Assembly: GCA_965203905.1 (NCBI GenBank)
Contig: CBDBDQ010000005.1
Location: 6,144,001 to 6,208,000, forward strand
Reading direction: 5' to 3'
DNA: 64,000 nt
DNA from: Spirochaetia bacterium
GTDB taxonomy: Bacteria; Spirochaetota; Spirochaetia; SZUA-6; Bin103
A model generated the notes under the pieces. It had not been told where the DNA came from. It did not search any database and was given only the letters and a program-made list of their open reading frames with translations. Below are positions 10,361 through 18,636 of this stretch, piece by piece (position 1 is the first letter of the stretch; each line of letters begins with the position of its first letter). A program made the position numbers and the translations under genes.

Positions 10361-10560
10361 CTACACCCGCCTACGCGACCTGGCCGTGGCAGGCGGTGTC
10401 TCCATGCGCACAGATCCTCTTCCGTAAGGCCCAGCGAGGCGAGCTCAGATCGCAGGAAGGTCTCATGGAATTCGCCCAAACGCTGATCATATTCGGGATC
10501 GATGTCGTTGTGCCAGAGACAGAAAAGTAAGGCCTCCGGCGAGGCACTCCAACCTCCGTG
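10357..10560 (-). pseudogene. 3' remnant of a gene coupled to the GmrSD gene
   Basis: Protein-like frame (LLFCLWHNDIDPEYDQRLGEFHETF) whose stop overlaps the GmrSD TTG start; no credible start of its own. Confidence 0.4.
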
Positions 10561-10584
10561 TAATTTAATTTCAGAAGAAGCTAG
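10561..10584. repeat. AT-rich junction motif, copy 1 (TAATTTAATTTCAGAAGAAGCTAG)
   Basis: 14-nt exact match TTTAATTTCAGAAG to 47602-47615; both copies end in CTAG. Confidence 0.6.
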
Positions 10585-13079
10585 CAATCGGAGCCACACC
10601 GGTCAACATGCGCCCGGCCGTACTCTCTCCGGCGCTGGGCTCGGAAGGCGGCGACCAGGGCGGCGATGGCGTAGCTGGCGGCGGCGACCAGGCCGAGGGC
10701 GGTGATGCCCTGTGCCACCGCGAGCAGGGTGCTGGCGACGGCGCCTACCACCGAGGCGCAGCCGTTGGCGGCCCAGGCCAGGGCGCGGCCGGCGGCGGCC
10801 GGGGCCAACAGGCGCAGGCCGAGGGGGAACGCCATGCCGAGGGCCGCACCCAGGGGAGCGAGCAGCACCACGATGAGTGCTATCCGCGGAATGCGGGGCA
10901 GGCCCAGCAGCAAGGTCAGGAGCGGCGGACCGGCGCCGGCATAGGCCAGCACCACGCCGGCTACGACAGCCACCGCCAGCCACGTCCGGGGCGGCGCGAT
11001 TCGCTCCGACAGCAGGCCGCCGGCGGCCGACCACACCAGCAGGGCGCCGAGCACCACCTTGAAGCTGACCACCGGGTCGCCGAGCGCCACGGTGAGGCGC
11101 TGGATCAGCATCAGCTCCAGCAGGATGAAGCCCAGCCCCACGGCCAGGTTGTATGCCACCACCGAGCCGGCGGAGCCGGCGGCATCGTCCCGGCCCCGGT
11201 CGGCGGCCCGCGTCCGGCGCAGGCCGCCGGTGCGCAGCCAGGGGACGGCGAGGAGCACCAGCGCCAGCACCAACGCCTCCGCCAGCACCGCCAGGGCCAC
11301 CACGTCACCGGACAGCAGCAGCCCGTACAGCCGGCCGCCGGTGGCGCGCTGGTAGTCGGGCAGTTGCACCCAGCGTACGAAGCGGTTGAAGAAGGGCCGG
11401 TCGTCGGTGGGCGGACTCAGGTCCACCAACCCGCCTGCCAACCCGTCGTCGGACTCCAGCACCGCCGCCACCGCGTGGGCGTGGAACGGCTCGGCCAGCC
11501 GGTTGAAGCGGTTGGTCTCGTCGATCCGCAGCCCGGGCAGGGAAACCAGGTCGAAGCCGTGACCCGCGGCAAAGGCGCGGATCCGCTCGATCCGCGGCGC
11601 AGACAGCGGTTGCGGGGTGACCAGCACGGTGAACGAATCCCAGTTGCGGAGGATCGCGATGTGCTCGGCAGGGACGTGGCCGCCGGCTGCCGGCAGCGCA
11701 CGTGCGGCTAGCGCCGCCAGCCGCGGAGCGTTGGCCGGGGGCAGCAGCAGACGGCGCGACACCGACAGCACCCCGTCCGGCTCCAGCAGCGCCAGGTAGT
11801 CGCGAAACGCCTCCACCGTCAGCAACGGCTCCTGGGCGTGGCTCTCGGTGCCCGCCTGGGATGCGCCCCAGTCCTCGATCAGGACGGCATCGAAGCGCAC
11901 GCCGGAGCGTACCAGCCGCCGCGCCAGGGCGCGGGGTTCGTCTTCCACCACCTCCAGGGCGGTGTCCTGCGCCACCTGCAGCCGGCGCAGGCGACGGGCG
12001 ATGGCGGCGCTCGGCTCGGCCACCTGGACGGAACGCGCGCTGCGCAGGGCCGCCGCCAGCAGCACGCCGCCGCCTTCCTGCAGCACCAGCACCGTGCGCA
12101 CCGGCGTTCCGAGGTGCAACGCCACGGCGGGGTGGAGCGCGTCCAGCCACCCACCGGCCGCCGCGTCCCCCGCCGTATCCTCCACCAGGAACATGGCCGC
12201 GTCGCCGTCGCGCACCAGGGCTCGCTGCGGCGGCACCGGGCTGCCGGCGCCGAGGCTCAGGCCCGGGGCGAAGCGAATCGTCGGGCCGGTCACTTCGTCG
12301 ATGCGCCCGCGTGCCGTGTCGCGTCGCGCCAGCAACCGGGTATCCGGAAACCGCAGCACGTGGGCCAGATACTTGTAGGGGCCCGGACGTGGCTCCAGGG
12401 CCGGATGGGCCAACACCACGCCAACTCCGAGCGCCAGCGCCAATGCCAGGGCCGTAGAGGGGAGCCAGCGCCGCGCTCCCCGCCCGCCTCCCACTCGCCG
12501 TGCAGCACTGGCGGACCACGGCACCAGGGGCAGCAGCAGCAGCGCCACCGGCACCATCAGGGCGGCGCGCAGTCCGGCCGCCGGCAGCAGCAGGACCGGC
12601 AGCAGCACCCCCACGGCCGAGCCTGACATCGCCGCCGCGTACACGGCGCCGGGCCGTGCGGTACCGGCGGCAAAGGCAATCGCCGTGATCAGTCCCGCGA
12701 AGAAGAACGGCACCGCACAGCCGAGGTAGCTCAACGCGAGATACAGGAGCTGGATCGGCTCGCTGGGGATCCTGAAGAAGTCCAGCGGCAGCAGGCGCAA
12801 CACCAGGAACATGGCGACCGCACTCACGGCCATGCCCGCGGCAGCCCGCCGCAGGCGCTGCTCCGCGTCGGACACCGCCGCCGCCGCTGCTACACCAGAC
12901 CGCTCCCGCCTCGTGGTAACCAGGTTGAGCCAGGTGCCGCTGGCCGAGAAGCCGAGCAGGGCGACGCTGATCACCATGAACGACAGGTGGTGCCACTGGG
13001 TCAGCGCGAAGTAGCGGGCCAGCAGCGCTTCCAGCGCCAGCGATGCCGCCGACGCGGTGAAGACCAGCAGGAGGGCCAT
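10581..13079 (-). CDS. Spermidine-synthase-like membrane protein (N- and C-terminal TM blocks, central SAM-binding fold)
   Basis: SVALLGFSASG, PFFFAG, LLTVEAF...L.PDG, PTDDRPFF, GMAFPLGL, WAANGCASVVG. Confidence 0.8.
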   Translation of the reverse strand: MALLLVFTASAASLALEALLARYFALTQWHHLSFMVISVALLGFSASGTWLNLVTTRRERSGVAAAAAVSDAEQRLRRAAAGMAVSAVAMFLVLRLLPLDFFRIPSEPIQLLYLALSYLGCAVPFFFAGLITAIAFAAGTARPGAVYAAAMSGSAVGVLLPVLLLPAAGLRAALMVPVALLLLPLVPWSASAARRVGGGRGARRWLPSTALALALALGVGVVLAHPALEPRPGPYKYLAHVLRFPDTRLLARRDTARGRIDEVTGPTIRFAPGLSLGAGSPVPPQRALVRDGDAAMFLVEDTAGDAAAGGWLDALHPAVALHLGTPVRTVLVLQEGGGVLLAAALRSARSVQVAEPSAAIARRLRRLQVAQDTALEVVEDEPRALARRLVRSGVRFDAVLIEDWGASQAGTESHAQEPLLTVEAFRDYLALLEPDGVLSVSRRLLLPPANAPRLAALAARALPAAGGHVPAEHIAILRNWDSFTVLVTPQPLSAPRIERIRAFAAGHGFDLVSLPGLRIDETNRFNRLAEPFHAHAVAAVLESDDGLAGGLVDLSPPTDDRPFFNRFVRWVQLPDYQRATGGRLYGLLLSGDVVALAVLAEALVLALVLLAVPWLRTGGLRRTRAADRGRDDAAGSAGSVVAYNLAVGLGFILLELMLIQRLTVALGDPVVSFKVVLGALLVWSAAGGLLSERIAPPRTWLAVAVVAGVVLAYAGAGPPLLTLLLGLPRIPRIALIVVLLAPLGAALGMAFPLGLRLLAPAAAGRALAWAANGCASVVGAVASTLLAVAQGITALGLVAAASYAIAALVAAFRAQRRREYGRAHVDRCGSDC

Positions 13080-13090
13080 CCGCCCTCCCC

Positions 13091-13870
13091 TCAGCCTTGC
13101 AGCGCCTGACCCGTCATCGGCACGAACAGCACCCCCAGGATGAAGTCCACGGTGAAGTCCGACCCGCGGCTGCCGCTGCCCGTCTTCGTCACCAGCACCA
13201 GGTTCTGATAGCTGAAGGGGTTGCCGAGCGGCAGGATCATCGTCCCGCCAACGGCAAGCTGTTCCAGCAGCGGCGCCGGGATGTGATCCACGGCAGCGGT
13301 GATCATGATGTGATCGAACGGCGCGTGCTGCTCCACCCCGAAGTAGCCGTCACCCTCGAAGGTGCTGACGTTGGCGTACCCCAGCCGCTGCAGCCGCTCG
13401 GTCGACTGGACGTGCAACAGCGGCCGGATCTCGATGGTGAACACTTCCGCAACCAGCTCGGCCAGCACCGCGGCCTGGTACCCCGAGCCGGTGCCCACCT
13501 CCAGCACCCGGTCTTCCGGCTGCAGCTCGAGGGTCTGGGTCATCAGCGCGACGATATAGGGCTGCGAGATGGTCTGGCCGTCGTCGATCGGCAGGGCCGA
13601 GTCGCGGTAGGCGCTGCCCTGAATGCGCTCGGGGACGAACAGGTGGCGCCGCACCCGGCCCATCACCTCCAGCACCTGCGGGTCGTCGATGTCGCGGGCG
13701 GCAAGCTGGCGCTCGACCATGGCGGCCCGCGCGCGCTGCGTGGCGCGCTCCTCGCGCGCCTCCTGTGCGGTCAGGTCGGCAGCCGCCAGCAGCAGCGCGG
13801 CGCCGAGCAGCAACGCCGCCCGCCTTGCCGCGGCCTGGCGGAAGCAGCGGAATGGGTAAGCGAACAGCAT
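13091..13870 (-). CDS. pcm: Protein-L-isoaspartate O-methyltransferase with an N-terminal signal-peptide-like extension
   Basis: GQTISQPYIVA, VLEVGTGSGYQAAVL, APFDHI, FVPM; RRAALLLGAALLLAAA...TA-QE N-terminus. Confidence 0.93.
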   Translation of the reverse strand: MLFAYPFRCFRQAAARRAALLLGAALLLAAADLTAQEAREERATQRARAAMVERQLAARDIDDPQVLEVMGRVRRHLFVPERIQGSAYRDSALPIDDGQTISQPYIVALMTQTLELQPEDRVLEVGTGSGYQAAVLAELVAEVFTIEIRPLLHVQSTERLQRLGYANVSTFEGDGYFGVEQHAPFDHIMITAAVDHIPAPLLEQLAVGGTMILPLGNPFSYQNLVLVTKTGSGSRGSDFTVDFILGVLFVPMTGQALQG

Positions 13871-13990
13871 GGCGGCTCCCACTATACCCTCCCCGGCCGG
13901 CCGATGGGTAACGGTGCCTCGCGCCGCCTCACGACCACGTGAAGCCTTACTCACCCCGCATCTCACGCGGATGGCGCAAGTGTTGTGGAG

Positions 13991-14011
13991 TTGTATCGTG
14001 TGGGATACAAT
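13991..14011 (+). promoter_or_regulatory. TA operator palindrome overlapping the -10 box
   Basis: TTGTATC-N6-GATACAA perfect inverted repeat; TACAAT at 14006-14011, 6 nt before GTG. Confidence 0.75.
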
Positions 14012-14017
14012 CGAGCA

Positions 14018-14152
14018 GTGATCGAGGTCCGCCAGACCGACACGTACGAACGCTGGTTCCGGAGGCTTCGAGACAGGGACGCGAAATCGCGGATCCTCAT
14101 CGAACGGGCGCGCAATCTCGCGCAGGAACTGGTGACAGGAGGAAGCTCATGA
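14018..14152 (+). pseudogene. RelE/ParE-like addiction module killer toxin with an in-frame internal deletion (44 aa)
   Basis: MIEVRQTDTYERWFRRLRDRDAKSRILI joined directly to ERARNLAQEL; the ELRI..GPGYRVY...GGDK core is missing. Confidence 0.85.
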
Positions 14153-14598
14153 ACGAGCCTCGAGAACGGGCGGCTGCCGCAAGGACCAAGACGCTTCCGT
14201 GGGACCCCGCGGACTATCTGGAAGATTCGAGCGATGTCGTGGCTTATCTCGAAGCAGCGTTCGAGGACGGCGATCCGCAAGTGATCGCGGGTGCGATAGG
14301 AGACGTGGCCCGATCCAAGGGGATGACCGCTGTCGCGGCGAAGTCCGGATTGGGCAGGGAGAGCCTGTACAAGGCGCTTTCGCGGGACGGAAACCCGGGC
14401 TTCGCAACCGTGCTCAGTGTTCTGGCGGCCCTGGGCCTGCGCCTTCATCCGTCGCCGACCGGCAAAGGATCGGCCGTGGCGGTACCTGATGGGGAAGCCG
14501 GTTGGGGCGGCGGGTTCGTGCTTCCGCCCGGCGATCTCTACGTGCTGAGCGGAGATTCGACCTCGTGCTCGGCACGGCGTGCGTCCGACTATCGATAG
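14149..14598 (+). CDS. Addiction module antidote (HTH antitoxin) with an extended C-terminus
   Basis: WDPADYL, GDVARSKGMT, GRESLYKALS.DGNP.F.T; ATGA overlap with the toxin relic. Confidence 0.9.
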   Translation: MNEPRERAAAARTKTLPWDPADYLEDSSDVVAYLEAAFEDGDPQVIAGAIGDVARSKGMTAVAAKSGLGRESLYKALSRDGNPGFATVLSVLAALGLRLHPSPTGKGSAVAVPDGEAGWGGGFVLPPGDLYVLSGDSTSCSARRASDYR

Positions 14599-14620
14599 CG
14601 GGTGTGCAAAGGCAGGCGAG

Positions 14621-15253
14621 ATGGAAGCGATGAGCGGAGTCCAGTACCTGAAGCTGATCGGCGATGCCCGTGCCTTTCGGCAGTGCGCCTGGCTGATCGA
14701 GCACGAGATAGGCCGGCTGGGGGTCAGACAGGGAGACCTCTCGCCGGTCGGGGGCTCGACCGGATGGCCGTCGCACAGCGTGTGGGAATCCCTGAAGACA
14801 GCCAGTCACTTCAATCTTGCGATCGCGCTGGAGCTCCGGTTGAAGTGCCTGCTCCGTCTCCACAACATCGAGCCGTTGCAGGGTCGCGAGGGGCACTGTC
14901 TTGCCAAGCTCTACGAACAATTCGGCGGGCGCGGCGGCTCTGTCGAAACCAGGATAGAGGAGCTGTTCGGAGAGGCAATGGCGGATCGTCCATGCACGCT
15001 GGTGGCGTTTCTGAGTACGGACACTCCCGACTTTCCCGAGGGTCCGGCCGACAAAGAGTTGAGGACGCTGAAGGATATCTTCGCCTACATGGACGAGGAC
15101 GCGGAGTTGTGGAGAAAGAGGTATTCATGGGAAAGTGCCGCCGACAGGCGATGGCGGCATTACATCGATGATCTGGGGGGTTTTTTCCTATTCCTCGACG
15201 CGACGGAAAGCCTTGCGATGGAGTTGGCGCGAGAGCGCCGAATTGTGCGCTAA
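14621..15253 (+). CDS. Hypothetical protein, HEPN-like
   Basis: ALELRLKCLL...GHCLAKLY...RY pattern typical of HEPN helical bundles; lower GC. Confidence 0.55.
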   Translation: MEAMSGVQYLKLIGDARAFRQCAWLIEHEIGRLGVRQGDLSPVGGSTGWPSHSVWESLKTASHFNLAIALELRLKCLLRLHNIEPLQGREGHCLAKLYEQFGGRGGSVETRIEELFGEAMADRPCTLVAFLSTDTPDFPEGPADKELRTLKDIFAYMDEDAELWRKRYSWESAADRRWRHYIDDLGGFFLFLDATESLAMELARERRIVR

Positions 15254-15280
15254 AACGGAACCCGGCACGGGGATGCAGCG

Positions 15281-16210
15281 GTGATCTACCGCACTCTGGG
15301 CAACACCGGCCTGCAGGTGTCGATCCTCAGCTACGGCGCCTCGCCGCTCGGCTCGGTGTTCCGCGCCATCGACGAGAGCGAGGGCATCCGCACCGTACGC
15401 ACCGCCGTCGACGGCGGCGTGAACCTGATCGACTGCTCGCCCTACTACGGCATCACCAAGGCGGAGACGGTGCTCGGCAAGGCGCTGCGCGAGATCCCCC
15501 GCGATCACTACTACCTCGCCACCAAGGCGGGCCGCTACGGCGACGCCGAGTTCGATTTTTCCGCGGCCCGGATCGAGCGCAGTCTGGATGAGAGCCAGCG
15601 CCGGCTGGGGGTCGACCACGTCGACATCTTCCAACTGCACGACATCGAGTTCGGCGACCTGGAGCAGGTGATCGAGGAGAGCCTGCCGCTGCTGGCGCGG
15701 CTCAAGGTACAGGGCCGGATCGGCTGGTACGGGGTGACCGGGCTGCCGCTGCGCATCTTTCGCGAGGTGCTGGCGCGGCACCCGGTCGACACCATCCTCT
15801 CCTACTGCCGCTATACCCTCAACGACACCTCGCTGGCGGCGCTGCTGCCCGACCTGGCCGCGGCCGGGGTGGGCGTGATCAGCGCCTCCGCCACCGGCAT
15901 GGGCCTGTTCAACCCGCGCGGCGTGCCGGCGTGGCATCCGGCGCCGGCGCCGATTCGCGACGCGGCGGCCGAGGTGGTGGCACTGTGTGCGCAGCGCGGC
16001 GCCAGCGCCACCCGCCTGGCGCTGCAGTTCGCGCTGGCGGAGCCCGGGATTCATACCACCCTGGTGGGCACGGCGTCGCCGCGCAACATGAGCGCCAACC
16101 TGAGCTGCGTCGGCGACCCGCCGGACCCCGAGCTGCTGGCCGCCGCGCAACGCCTGCTGGCGCCGGTGCGGGACGCCACCTGGCCCTCGGGACGCCCCGA
16201 AAACAACTGA
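15281..16210 (+). CDS. Aldo/keto reductase, L-galactose/D-arabinose dehydrogenase-like
   Basis: YGASPLG, DCSPYYG, ATKAGRYG, HDIEF, WHPAP, C-terminal WPSGRPENN. Confidence 0.88.
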   Translation: MIYRTLGNTGLQVSILSYGASPLGSVFRAIDESEGIRTVRTAVDGGVNLIDCSPYYGITKAETVLGKALREIPRDHYYLATKAGRYGDAEFDFSAARIERSLDESQRRLGVDHVDIFQLHDIEFGDLEQVIEESLPLLARLKVQGRIGWYGVTGLPLRIFREVLARHPVDTILSYCRYTLNDTSLAALLPDLAAAGVGVISASATGMGLFNPRGVPAWHPAPAPIRDAAAEVVALCAQRGASATRLALQFALAEPGIHTTLVGTASPRNMSANLSCVGDPPDPELLAAAQRLLAPVRDATWPSGRPENN

Positions 16211-18513
16211 TGCAAGGACCACGTGACAAGGGCCGCCTGTTCTACACCTACCTGCTGTCGTTCCTGCTGATCCTGATCGTCCCGGTCATATTCAGTTCCG
16301 CGGTGTTCAGCCGCGCCCGCTCGATCCTCACCCAGGAGGTGAACCGCGCCAACGAGCTGCTGCTGCTGCAGATGAAGTCGTACCTCGACACCATCATGAG
16401 CGACGTTGCCCAGCTCACCTACATCGTCGCCAATCACGGCATGCTCGGCGGCATGCTGTTCGAATCCCGTCCGGTGTCCCACGACGAGTACTACCGTGCC
16501 TACCGGATCGCCAGCGACCTGTTCGACTACGACACCTCAAGTACCGGCAGCACCGACGTATACGTCTACCTGCCCAAGCTCGACATGGTGATCTCGTCGC
16601 GCGGCTACTTCAGCACCGACAACTACCAGATGACGCAGCGCCCGCTGCTGGACACCGACTACCACGCCTGGATCGGCTCGTTCGCCGGCGTCACGCGCCC
16701 GCGGTTTCGCCCCGCCCAGAGCATGGACCTGGCCGAGGTGGTGCACGACACGGTGGCAATGGTCACTCCCCTGCCCGCCTGGCAGCGTTCCGGCACCCCG
16801 CACGGCTGGCTGGTGGTCCACATAGCCCGCGACCTGTTCCAGCGCATCTTCGCCGAGACCGCCTGGACGCCCGACTCGTTGCAGCTTGTCTACCACCCCG
16901 AACGGGGCGTGATTGCCGCGTCGGAGAACGTTGCCGACATCGCCGAAATCGAGGCGGTCGGCGCGCGCGCGTTCGAGACCGGCGTGCTCGACCGGGTGCG
17001 GCTGGGCGACACCAACTACTCCGCGCGGGCGCTGCCGTCGGACATCGTCGACCTGTACTACGTGTCGCTGGTTCCCGGCGGGCTCTACGCGCAGCGGTTC
17101 GCGGGCCTGTACCGGTACACGATCCTGGCACTGGTGGTCTGCGTGGTGATCGCCGGACTGCTCATCTACTGGATGGCGTCGCTCCGCTACCGGCCGATCC
17201 AGGATCTGATCGCGCTGGTGAAGCCGGATGCAAACGGCACTCTGACGCTGCGTTCCGACGAGTTCGCCCTGATCACCGGTTCCGTGCAGAGCACCATGCG
17301 GGAGGACCGCCGGCTGCGCCAGGAACTCACCCGCTCGCGGCCTCTGCTGCTGCAGAGCTACCTGCGCCGCCTGTTGCGCGACGGAGGCCAGGCGCCGCCC
17401 GCGATCCACGCCCAGTTGCGACGCTTCGGGTTCGCGTTCGCCCACCCGTCCCTGCATCTGGCGCTGGTGGAAGTCGACCAGCCCAACGACGTGTCGCGCG
17501 AGGCCGTAGAGCGCTACCTGACCAGATGCCGGCACCCGGCCGAGGTGCAGGTTGTCACCGTGTCCGACCTCGACGGAGCCACCGGACTGCTGATCAGCGC
17601 GGCGCACCCCGATCCGGCGCTGCTGGCGGAGCTGCTGGCGCAGATGAAGGGCAGCCTGGAACAGCACTTCGGCGTCACGTCGGCCGTCGGCGTCAGCGAA
17701 GCGCACCCACTGGACGAGATTTCCTGCCTGCTGCGGGAAGCGCGGGCCGCGCTCGCCTACCGGCTGGTCAAGGGCAGCTCCGATCCGATCCGCTTCCCGG
17801 ACGTCATCACCACCGGCCACCCCTACCACTATCCGCTGGAGGAAGAGATCAGGCTGATCAACTCGATCAGGTCCGGCAACGCCGCCGCCGCCGGGGAGAT
17901 CCTGGAGTCGCTCTACGCCGACAACTTCGCGCAGACGCGGCTGTCGATGGATATGGCGCGCTGCCTGATGTTCGACCTGATCTCGACCATGATCAAGACG
18001 ATCGAATCGCTGCACGCCGGCGACCAGGACGCGCAGTTCTGGGCTCGCATCCGGCCGGTGTCGCGGCTCACGGCCTGCCGCTCACTCGAGCAGTTGCAGC
18101 AGGAGATGCAGATCATCCTCACCGAGGTGTGCCGCCACGTCCGCTCGAGGCGCACCTCGCACGCCGAGCAGCTCCGCCTGGCAATCGTCGAGTACCTGGA
18201 ACAGCACTCCGACGAGCGCAACCTCGGCCCCGAGGCGGTCGCCGATCACTTGCAGCGCAACAGCGCCTACATCGCGCGCTTCTTCCGCGAACAGTTCGGC
18301 ATCGGCATCAGCGGCTACGTCAAGAACCTGCGCATCGCCAAGGCCAAGCGGCTCATCGAAACGACGGAGCTCACCGTCCGTGAGATCGCCGACCGGATCG
18401 GCTTCGCCGACAGCAACGCCCTGATCCGCGGCTTCAAGGCCAGCGAAGGAGTCACGCCGGGAGAGTACAAGGCGGCGCTCCACCCGGCGAACGGATCGGA
18501 CGGGGCTGCCTGA
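16210..18513 (+). CDS. Membrane-anchored AraC-family regulator (YesS-like)
   Basis: Two TM helices flanking a sensor domain; C-terminal AraC HTH (IADRIGFADSNALIRGFK..EGVTPGEYK). Confidence 0.9.
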   Translation: MQGPRDKGRLFYTYLLSFLLILIVPVIFSSAVFSRARSILTQEVNRANELLLLQMKSYLDTIMSDVAQLTYIVANHGMLGGMLFESRPVSHDEYYRAYRIASDLFDYDTSSTGSTDVYVYLPKLDMVISSRGYFSTDNYQMTQRPLLDTDYHAWIGSFAGVTRPRFRPAQSMDLAEVVHDTVAMVTPLPAWQRSGTPHGWLVVHIARDLFQRIFAETAWTPDSLQLVYHPERGVIAASENVADIAEIEAVGARAFETGVLDRVRLGDTNYSARALPSDIVDLYYVSLVPGGLYAQRFAGLYRYTILALVVCVVIAGLLIYWMASLRYRPIQDLIALVKPDANGTLTLRSDEFALITGSVQSTMREDRRLRQELTRSRPLLLQSYLRRLLRDGGQAPPAIHAQLRRFGFAFAHPSLHLALVEVDQPNDVSREAVERYLTRCRHPAEVQVVTVSDLDGATGLLISAAHPDPALLAELLAQMKGSLEQHFGVTSAVGVSEAHPLDEISCLLREARAALAYRLVKGSSDPIRFPDVITTGHPYHYPLEEEIRLINSIRSGNAAAAGEILESLYADNFAQTRLSMDMARCLMFDLISTMIKTIESLHAGDQDAQFWARIRPVSRLTACRSLEQLQQEMQIILTEVCRHVRSRRTSHAEQLRLAIVEYLEQHSDERNLGPEAVADHLQRNSAYIARFFREQFGIGISGYVKNLRIAKAKRLIETTELTVREIADRIGFADSNALIRGFKASEGVTPGEYKAALHPANGSDGAA

Positions 18514-18582
18514 TCGGCGACGCGGGTACCGAATCCGATATCGAAACCTCAGTCTTCGGCGACCGACGTTCCTACTCGGCGA
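18514..18582 (+). promoter_or_regulatory. Direct repeats, candidate AraC-type binding sites
   Basis: TCGGCGA at 18514, 18556 and 18576, plus degenerate TCCGATA at 18534 (20-22 bp period). Confidence 0.5.
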
Positions 18583-18636
18583 TTTACGCGCCGGACCGCG
18601 GCAGGCATCGTGAATCACTCAACGCAGGAGGTTGAT

